The notes beneath the pieces are model-generated. The model saw nothing but the letters and a program-made list of their open reading frames with translations, was not told where the DNA came from and ran no database searches. Shown in pieces: positions 55,494 through 62,854 of a stretch of 62,854 nt of DNA; within the stretch, counting starts at the first letter, position 1, and every line of letters begins with the position of its first letter. Position numbers and translations under genes: made by a program. This DNA comes from an uncultured archaeon (GTDB lineage: Archaea; Asgardarchaeota; Lokiarchaeia; Sigyniarchaeales; SOKP01), in the NCBI GenBank assembly GCA_964508365.1, contig CAZDTP010000015.1:5285-68138 (forward strand), in the 5' to 3' direction.

Positions 55494-55949
55494 TTAATCC
55501 GGGGTTAATTCATCTAAATCGCTTAGATCAAGTCCAGAATCCAAAGATTCAGGGATATCTGATAAGAATTCGTCTAAAATCTCTTTTAATTCGTCTCCTG
55601 AACGTTTAAGAATCAACCTAATTAAACCAATATTTATATCTGGGTCAGAGATAAGTGTAAGTACCCCTTTAGGGCCACAACTCGACGCAAAAATTTTCCC
55701 TCCTATGAATTCACTGGTAACAATTTCTAAATCACCAAGCTCTAGATTCTTTCCTTGTTCCTCACTTGCGCAAAAAACAGCTGATGCAATTGCGCCAATA
55801 CCGTCGACATCGGCAGGGAAGTAGGAAAATTTCGATACACTTGCTATAGTCAATCCTGTTCGATCAACTAAAATTACTTTTTTGATTCCACTCTCGGATT
55901 TTATTATCTTCGAAAGAATATTATCAAAACTTTTTGTATCAATTGACAA
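55494..55949 (-). CDS. Roadblock/LC7 (LAMTOR2/MglB-like) protein with acidic tail
   Basis: VILVDRTGLTIA, IGAIASAVF, GDLEIVTSEFIGG, NIGLIRL. Confidence 0.9.
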   Translation of the reverse strand: MSIDTKSFDNILSKIIKSESGIKKVILVDRTGLTIASVSKFSYFPADVDGIGAIASAVFCASEEQGKNLELGDLEIVTSEFIGGKIFASSCGPKGVLTLISDPDINIGLIRLILKRSGDELKEILDEFLSDIPESLDSGLDLSDLDELTPD

Positions 55950-56137
55950 TTCTTACATCACTCTTATTTTACTAACCTATAGTATATATTAGATTTTTAG
56001 ATATAAAATTGTTATTATAAATAAAAAAGTATACGTATATAAAAATATGTTTTTCCTAATCAATTTCAATTAAAGCAAGGGAAAATTAGGAAAACCTATA
56101 AACAACATCATTCTTAAAAAATTAAATAGACAGTTTT

Positions 56138-57364
56138 TTAAAGAAGATTCTTCTCTTTTACGATTTTTTTATAGTGATCTTTTTCTCTTCTGAGAATTTT
56201 AATTTCTTTTTTGAGATCTAAAATTTGATCCTTGATCGTTTCTTTTTCATTTTCTTTTGTTTTAACCTCATTTTTAAGATTTTTTATGTCTTGTTTTAGT
56301 GTTGTTATAGAATCGATGTGAACCGAATTTTGATTCTTTAATTTATCAATTTCACTTAACAATCTTTTTTGTGTATTTTCAGATTTTTCAAGCTCAGAGT
56401 TCAAACCTATGTTAATATTTTTTATATCCTCTTTTTCTTGAAGAATCTTCTCAGCCTCTACTTCTAGTTCTTCTACTCCTGTTAGCTTACTTGAAATCAT
56501 CTCAATGCTTTTCTCCTTTTCTTTTATAAATTCATCTCTTTCAAATAACTTTTGGTTTAGAATCTTCAAGTCATCTATTAATTTAGCATTGTTTTGATTC
56601 AGATCTGCCATCTGTTGACTCCATTTCTCCAATTTTATATATTGTTCACTTATTTCATCTTTAAGCAATTGAATCTCCTCTTCATATTCTGCATTTTCAG
56701 ATACAACCTCTGTGTATTTTCTTGTTAATTCTCTAATTTTGCTTTTCTTTTCCCCTAAAAGGTCTTCGAGCTCGCGATTTTTACTTTTAATTTCATTATA
56801 TTCATCACTCATTAGTAGATATTCTTCTCCTACTATTTGATTTCTTTTTTCACTCTTATCTACCACTTCATTCACGCTTTTAATTTGTTTTTCTCCTTCT
56901 GTTTTATTTACTTCTACTATACTTGTCTCTCCCTCAATAATCTCTTCCCAGTAGGTAGATATTTCATCTTTTTTAAGCATATCATAATATTGTCCTAAAA
57001 TATCATCAAAATTGAGAGCCTCTCTCTTAGGTAACAGCTCGTGAGCTATCCTTCTCAACCGTCCTTCTAATTCTGTGTTACTCACATCTTCTTGAGACAG
57101 GAAAACGCAAATCGCGAAATTCGGTTTTCCCACATAGTGTCTAAATGAAAATCCTGAATAAAAGCTCGCAACATTAACATCATTGTTGAGTAAAACTTCA
57201 ACAAAGTTGGGCTCCATCTTCTTTTCCATGTGAACCTTAACCAACATTTTTAAAACTTCTGATGTAATTCCTAAAAACTCGCAGATATTACTTGGAAATT
57301 GTGTTTCAATATGAGTTTCGGATTTATTATTAAATCCTAACACGGTTATACCTTTCAATCTCAC
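56138..57364 (-). CDS. uDENN/longin-like N-terminal domain plus long coiled coil
   Basis: ITVLGFNNKSETHIETQFP...VASFYSG...AICVFL N-domain; about 230 aa of heptad repeats. Confidence 0.55.
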   Translation of the reverse strand: MRLKGITVLGFNNKSETHIETQFPSNICEFLGITSEVLKMLVKVHMEKKMEPNFVEVLLNNDVNVASFYSGFSFRHYVGKPNFAICVFLSQEDVSNTELEGRLRRIAHELLPKREALNFDDILGQYYDMLKKDEISTYWEEIIEGETSIVEVNKTEGEKQIKSVNEVVDKSEKRNQIVGEEYLLMSDEYNEIKSKNRELEDLLGEKKSKIRELTRKYTEVVSENAEYEEEIQLLKDEISEQYIKLEKWSQQMADLNQNNAKLIDDLKILNQKLFERDEFIKEKEKSIEMISSKLTGVEELEVEAEKILQEKEDIKNINIGLNSELEKSENTQKRLLSEIDKLKNQNSVHIDSITTLKQDIKNLKNEVKTKENEKETIKDQILDLKKEIKILRREKDHYKKIVKEKNLL

Positions 57365-57540
57365 TCAACGCAATTGATTAAATTTTGCAGTCTTATCACT
57401 AATAAGTTAGCAACATTTATGTATATTGATTAATTTTAAAATCCCTTCATTTATAAATTCCTTAAAGTTTCTCTCAATTATTTGTAAATTTACACTCTCT
57501 CCTTTATTATTAGCTTGTTTTTCTATTGAAAGACATAGGG

Positions 57541-58731
57541 ATGAGACTTTCCGAACAAATCAAAATAAAGAAGACAGCATACCTCTCGTACTTATGCCAT
57601 TTATCCAAAAACATCTATAACTTGGCAAATTATTACATCAGGCAAGAATTTTTTTATTTAGGAACCTGGCTAAGATACTACGATTTATGGTATATGTTAA
57701 AAGATAAAGATGTGTATCAAAAACTTCCATCGCAAACATCTCAACAGATATTAAGAGTAGTGGATAAGAACTGGAAATCTTTTTTTAATATCTTTAAAAA
57801 ATGGAGGGCACAACCAAGAAAATATCAAAGCCACCCTAAACCTCCGAAGTATAAGAAGAAAAACGGAGAGTTTGTGCTTATTTTTACTAATCAGCAATGC
57901 CGAATCAAGGAGGGGTACTTACATTTTCCTGAAAAATTGGCCATATCTCCAATAAAAACGCGCGTTACAAACCAATTACATCAGGTAAGGATCGTTCCTA
58001 AGGGATTATGCTATATTGTAGAGATTATATATGAGCAAGAGATAAAAAGTCTAAAAGTAGATAAAACAAGAATTGTAGGGATTGATTTAGGATTAACTAA
58101 TATCGTAACTATGGTAAATAACGCAGGAATACAACCTGTAATTATTAAAGGCGGTATTGCAAAGTCCACTAATCAATTCTATAACAAACAATTAGCAAAA
58201 TATAAAAGCGTTAAAGATAAGCAGGGGATCGCGTTTGAAACGAGGATAATGTATAAGCTTACTCAAAGACGAAATAACAAAATTAACGACCAGTTTCACA
58301 AAATTTCAAGAAAAATTATTAATTATTGCGTCGACAACGATTTTGGAACGATAATTATCGGGTATAATCGGTTCTGGAAGCAAAAAATTAACATGGGGCG
58401 GAGAAATAATCAAAATTTCGTACAACTTCCCTATTTCAAATTGATTTCTCAAATTCAATATAAATCCAAATTAGTAGGAATTGATGTTATCTTAGAAAAG
58501 GAATCTTATACCTCTAAATGCAGTTTTTTAGATAACGAATCGATTCAAAAACACAAAACATATGCTGGAAAGCGAATTAACAGAGGGTTATTTCGAAGTA
58601 AGAAAGGAATCATTATAAATGCCGATGTCAACGCGGGATATAATATCATTAAGAAAGTAATCCCAAATGCCGTATTGGTTGATGGGATAGAGGGTGTAGG
58701 GTTATATCCATATTCTATTACTATTTCGTAA
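57541..58731 (+). mobile_element. tnpB: IS200/IS605/IS607-family TnpB (RNA-guided endonuclease), no TnpA adjacent
   Basis: GIDLG (RuvC-I), IIIGYNRFWKQ, KESYTSKCSFLD, INADVNAG (RuvC-III), C-terminal DGIEGVGL. Likely start is ATG 57541; element ends were not determined. Confidence 0.92.
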
Positions 58732-58922
58732 ATAGAGCACTCAATAGAATAAAATTTAACTTCCATGAAGGGAAATTAAAAATAACCTGTATATTTCAAT
58801 CGAAATTAAACAATATCATCTTTCGAGATCTATCTCAAAATACGAGGATACGATTTTAAAATAGTAGGATATCGTTAAAAAGGTTATAAATTAGGCTTCC
58901 AAAAGGACTCTGATTTAGTCAT

Positions 58923-59288
58923 CTACGCTAAAAGATTTTTAACCAGATCTCTAAATTCTTGGACTTTGATCGGTTTGGACACATAATGATTAAATCCTGC
59001 TGATAAAATTCTCTCTTTATCGCCCTTCATCGCAAAGGAAGTAACAGCAATGAAAGGAATATCATTAAATTTATCAATTTTTTTTAATTCGGAACAGATT
59101 TCTATTCCATTCATCTCTGGTAATTGTATATCTAAAATTATTAAATCTGGATTACCCGATTTTATTAGTTCAAAGCCCAAATCACCTCGAGTTTCCTCAT
59201 AAATAGTAATATCTGGTACTAGTTTTAATATCGCTCTAAATAATTTCATATTTTTTTCATTATCTTCTACAACATATACATTCTTCAT
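58923..59288 (-). CDS. Single-domain response regulator (CheY/DivK-like receiver)
   Basis: VEDN, LDIQLPEMNG (phospho-Asp), VTSFAMKGD, SKP. Confidence 0.95.
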   Translation of the reverse strand: MKNVYVVEDNEKNMKLFRAILKLVPDITIYEETRGDLGFELIKSGNPDLIILDIQLPEMNGIEICSELKKIDKFNDIPFIAVTSFAMKGDKERILSAGFNHYVSKPIKVQEFRDLVKNLLA

Positions 59289-59460
59289 GACTTCACTTCT
59301 TTTCTAATATTAGATTTCTATAATAAATAAGGGTAAAGAGTTAATAGTTTTTTTTCTAACTTTCTTTTAGATATGTTTATATATATCATTTTTTATAAAT
59401 TATTTAAATTTATTTTTTAGCAAAAATCGTTAAACTTCTTACTCAACCACGGTTTTTAAT

Positions 59461-60768
59461 ATGGTTATTGGAATAGCTTTATTTAGTTGGGATCAAAAGA
59501 TTGGAGCAGTAATTGATGTTAAATACCCTGAAAAACTCGCCTTAAGCGATGATTTAATAAATAAAATCTATATGACTTTTTCTTATAGCGAAGATTTCGA
59601 TAAAGACGAACTAATTGAAACAAGTTACAAAAATCAAGAGATATTATCCTATTGTGATAAAACAAGAGTAGCAGAAGTAGGTTACGAGATTATAACGCTT
59701 ATTTTGGAGGAAAAAGAAAAAGTTAATATTTTTAAGATTAAGTCTCAGCTTCTTGAGTTCGGTAAAGAAACATTTAAAAAAGAAAAAAGCGAACGTAACA
59801 ATTACTTTTTGGAGAATATAAGTATTTTCTTTGAGAGCAGTTCAGCTAAGAAAATCTTATTATTAGGAAGGGCAGGAACCGGAAAAACAAGTATTAAAAA
59901 AATTATATTTGAAGGTTTGAATCCGAAAGATTTGTTGTATAATCCTCTCGAACCAACTCGCGGTATTGCTGCTACCGTTTATTCTTGGCTAGATTTGAAA
60001 TTGGGATTGTTTGATTCCTCAGGACAAGAATTAAGTTATCTTTTAAATAATGAAACTGATAGCGAGCATGCTTTAGCATTTGAAAATACTGATTTCGTAA
60101 TATATTTGCTCGATTACACTGGCTGGATTTCTCAGTCTGAAGAAATCATAAACGAGATTAAAAAAATCCAAGAAATAATGGGAAAAAAATCACAATCAAC
60201 AAAGTTGCTCTTATTTTTCCATAAAATAGACTTACTTGGAAAAGTAGTAGATAGCAAAGATTTGGATAAAATAGAGGTTAATTTAAAACAACAATTTAAC
60301 TTGCCTATATATTTTACGAGCATACATCCCGATTTGATTTATAGTTTATATAATGCGTTTTATGAAATCTTAAGTAGTTCATCTGCAGAAAATACAAAAT
60401 TAAGAGAAATTCTAGAGCGCGAAGTAAAATTTCATTCTAAATCCATGTTCTTTATTACTAACAAATTTAATAGTATCGTTGTACAGGCAATGTCAACAGA
60501 TTTCAATACTGTTATAATAAATCATTCCCATAAACTTATTGCACAATTAAATCAAACCTTTGAAGATATGACAAAAAGTGGCAACATAGATCACTTAATT
60601 CTTTCCAGCTATGATAATTTAAATATTATTATGAACAACACTAATTTACCTAAATTTAGCTTGAAGTATCTAATTTGTATTTCTGAAACAATAACGGTGA
60701 ACAAGTTAATTTGGTTAGTTGGTCAAATAAGAGCAAAACTTAAGGATTTTTACTATTTGAATAAATAG
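59461..60768 (+). CDS. uDENN/longin-like, Rag-like GTPase and roadblock fusion
   Basis: IALFSWDQKIGAVIDVKYP N-domain; GRAGTGKTS, LEPTRG, DSSGQE, HKID; C-terminal roadblock-like alpha-beta-beta-alpha-beta-beta-beta-alpha pattern. Confidence 0.7.
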   Translation: MVIGIALFSWDQKIGAVIDVKYPEKLALSDDLINKIYMTFSYSEDFDKDELIETSYKNQEILSYCDKTRVAEVGYEIITLILEEKEKVNIFKIKSQLLEFGKETFKKEKSERNNYFLENISIFFESSSAKKILLLGRAGTGKTSIKKIIFEGLNPKDLLYNPLEPTRGIAATVYSWLDLKLGLFDSSGQELSYLLNNETDSEHALAFENTDFVIYLLDYTGWISQSEEIINEIKKIQEIMGKKSQSTKLLLFFHKIDLLGKVVDSKDLDKIEVNLKQQFNLPIYFTSIHPDLIYSLYNAFYEILSSSSAENTKLREILEREVKFHSKSMFFITNKFNSIVVQAMSTDFNTVIINHSHKLIAQLNQTFEDMTKSGNIDHLILSSYDNLNIIMNNTNLPKFSLKYLICISETITVNKLIWLVGQIRAKLKDFYYLNK

Positions 60769-60806
60769 TTTTACAATTAGAAAAGGTAGAAATAAGCAGC
60801 TAAATT

Positions 60807-62345
60807 ATGTCTAAAAAAGTTATTTTTGTAGGTCCAAGCGGAGCAGGTAAAACTACTTTACGCAAAATCTTTTTTGAAGGCGAAAATGCCTCAAAATTGT
60901 TAGAATACGCTTTAGAGCCTACATACGGTGAAGAATCGTTAATTCTTCGTTTACCGGGTCTAAATGAAGATGTCGGAGTTTTCGACTTAGCTGGTCAAGA
61001 GAATCATAGATGGCTTGAATCCGAGGATAAATCTATCTTTATCGACGCTAAAGTAATAATGATAATCATTGATATTACTGCTGAGTTCGAAATAATTCTT
61101 GATTTTATTAGAAAAGTTATTGATATAAGAAACGATATAACCCCGGATTCATTTATTTATGTTTTGATGCATAAAATCGATTTAGTTGGCCATAAAAAAA
61201 TAAGGGATTTAAGAACAGGAGTTAAAAGTTCTTTTCCCAACGAAAAGTCAATAAAAATTCTTTTTACCAGTTTAAAGAAGCAATTTATGACTCAAACATT
61301 TTCATATTTCATTGAAATTCTCAAAAAATGTTTGCAGGACGAAACCCATGATGACAACTTAATGTTTAATGTAATTGATGAGTCTGTAAAATTAGTAAAT
61401 ATCATCGATAATGAGATCACCATCACTAAAAAAGTGCTTGAAGAAAAGCTTAATCGACCAAGTAAATTAGTTGAGTACTTAATAGAAAGTTTAATTAATA
61501 AAAAGCATATTGAAAGAAAAATTGTAAATAATCAAGAAGTGCTAAGTTTAACGGATAAAGGTAAAACTAGTTTTAAGGAAATATTAAAAACATTTTCAGC
61601 AGAATATGTCAATGAAACAGAAACCGATGGGCTTATAACAGAGTTTTTTTACGAAGAAAAAATACCATCCTTTCTTGGAGCTTTTATAGCAGACAAAGAT
61701 GGGAGAACATTATTGACAATAGAATTATTTGAAAACGCACTCAAAAAATTTATTTTAGGCTCCGCTAGAACTGATGAAGGTGTCGTTCCAGTTGATCTTG
61801 ATCTAATACCTATGTTTATAAGTGCTTTAGAGAAATTTTCTTTGGAGTTAAATATTCAAGATTTAACTGGCTTTAGCTTAGAAGGAAGTAATTTAAAATT
61901 ACATATTTTTGGTTATGATAATTATACTGTTACTTTCTTTATGAATCCCGACATAAACATGAATCCCATTCAAACCAAAATTTACAACTATTTTAACAAT
62001 ATGTTTGAAGAAAACAAAGATGACTTTGAAGAATCACTTACTACTGGACAAATTGACAATCTCTTTCCATTGGTGGAAAAAGGTAGAAAATGGCTTGAGA
62101 AATTAAACGACTATTATGAAAACATGATTATAAATTTAGAAATTTACGATACCGAACACGCTAAAATTCTATACAATAAGATGGACGAACTTTACCAAAG
62201 AGTTAATGTGAAATACTCCCTAGCTCTTGAAAAGATTAAGAAATTGAAGGTTAATTTAATGCAAGCGATAATTGAGGAAGATTTTGAGGAACTTAGGAAA
62301 ATTGCGGAATTAGCAAAAGAATTAAGCGCTACCTACACTATCTAA
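60807..62345 (+). CDS. Rag-like GTPase, winged-helix, longin-like and coiled-coil fusion
   Basis: GPSGAGKTT, LEPTYG, DLAGQE, HKID; LEEKLNRPSKLVEYLIESLINKKHI...LSLTDKG (wHTH); FIADKDGRTL...LIPMFISALEKFS (longin-like). Confidence 0.7.
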   Translation: MSKKVIFVGPSGAGKTTLRKIFFEGENASKLLEYALEPTYGEESLILRLPGLNEDVGVFDLAGQENHRWLESEDKSIFIDAKVIMIIIDITAEFEIILDFIRKVIDIRNDITPDSFIYVLMHKIDLVGHKKIRDLRTGVKSSFPNEKSIKILFTSLKKQFMTQTFSYFIEILKKCLQDETHDDNLMFNVIDESVKLVNIIDNEITITKKVLEEKLNRPSKLVEYLIESLINKKHIERKIVNNQEVLSLTDKGKTSFKEILKTFSAEYVNETETDGLITEFFYEEKIPSFLGAFIADKDGRTLLTIELFENALKKFILGSARTDEGVVPVDLDLIPMFISALEKFSLELNIQDLTGFSLEGSNLKLHIFGYDNYTVTFFMNPDINMNPIQTKIYNYFNNMFEENKDDFEESLTTGQIDNLFPLVEKGRKWLEKLNDYYENMIINLEIYDTEHAKILYNKMDELYQRVNVKYSLALEKIKKLKVNLMQAIIEEDFEELRKIAELAKELSATYTI

Positions 62346-62352
62346 AAAACTA

Positions 62353-62853
62353 TTACTTCACTTTGTTTGCTAATTTTTTTGGTAAATTAAAAGTGAAAGT
62401 CGTACCTACTCCTAGCACGCTAAAAAATGAGATTTCTCCGCCATGTAATTCAATTAATCGTTTTGTTAAAGATAAACCTAAACCGGTGCCTGGCGTGGAT
62501 TGAACATATGTAGATTCAACTCTATTAAATTCTTTAAAGATCAAAGAAAAATCTTTATTAGCAATTCCAATCCCTGTATCTCTCACTCGAAATATCCAAT
62601 TATAATAATCTTCTTTAAACAAGAGCGTTATTTTTCCATCTATCGTAAATTTTATAGCATTACTTATTAAGTTTATAAGAATTTCTTTAAATCTGATAGG
62701 ATCAGCAGTAATAAAAACTTCCTCATCAAGACCTTTTACTTTAAACTTGATTTCTTTATTCGAATAAAGAGGTTTAAGATTTGATCTGATCTGTTCAATA
62801 GTAGAATTCAAGGAAAATCTTTGAATATTTAAAGATACTTGACCAGATTCAAT
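62353..62853 (-). CDS. Sensor histidine kinase, C-terminal HATPase part (5' truncated by window edge)
   Basis: Open to the window end (IESGQVSLNIQRFSLNS...); NLISNAIKFT (N), DTGIGI (G1), FKEF (F), GTGLGL (G2), GTTF. Confidence 0.95.
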   Translation of the reverse strand: MESGQVSLNIQRFSLNSTIEQIRSNLKPLYSNKEIKFKVKGLDEEVFITADPIRFKEILINLISNAIKFTIDGKITLLFKEDYYNWIFRVRDTGIGIANKDFSLIFKEFNRVESTYVQSTPGTGLGLSLTKRLIELHGGEISFFSVLGVGTTFTFNLPKKLANKVK

Positions 62854-62854
62854 T

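Noticed and set aside
7706-62345. Many short ORF-track entries nested antisense to long genes (e.g. 7706, 10993, 14497, 20675, 37410, 50843, 60132)
   Set aside because: They are shadow ORFs with no motifs, fully overlapping well-supported genes.

Overview
AT-rich archaeal DNA, almost certainly from an Asgard archaeon of the Lokiarchaeia type. This is inferred from gene content: actin-related protein, gelsolin-domain protein, two roadblock proteins, uDENN/longin-like proteins, five small GTPases of MglA, Rab-like and Rag-like types, GyrA and intron-containing tRNAs. The window starts in the gyrA C-terminal domain and ends inside a histidine kinase. There is no rRNA or CRISPR array. Main blocks: (i) 9.0-21.2 kb, a minus-strand run with a divergent actin-related protein beside a catalytically dead CHAT (caspase-like) protein and a dead PLD-fold protein, then a Pro-rich CDC48-N-like/vWA protein, a roadblock and a gelsolin-domain gene; (ii) 21-29 kb, flavoenzyme/SDR metabolic genes; (iii) 29.3-34.4 kb, an accessory patch with 46-bp direct repeats, an inactive C39-like peptidase, immunity-type genes and gene remnants; (iv) tRNA-Met (one intron, aberrant T-loop) and tRNA-Thr (two introns); (v) a flotillin/YqiJ-like operon with 24 xDH tripeptide repeats; (vi) hydrolases, a tandem bacterioferritin-like protein and a bactofilin-like operon; (vii) 53.9-62.9 kb, a signalling island combining three Rag-like GTPases (two fused to winged-helix domains, one to uDENN and roadblock domains), roadblock and uDENN proteins, a receiver protein and a histidine kinase, with a solo tnpB inserted. 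Several genes appear to start at ATA, ATT or ATC behind well-spaced Shine-Dalgarno motifs. All family calls come from motif recognition by eye; no database search was run.
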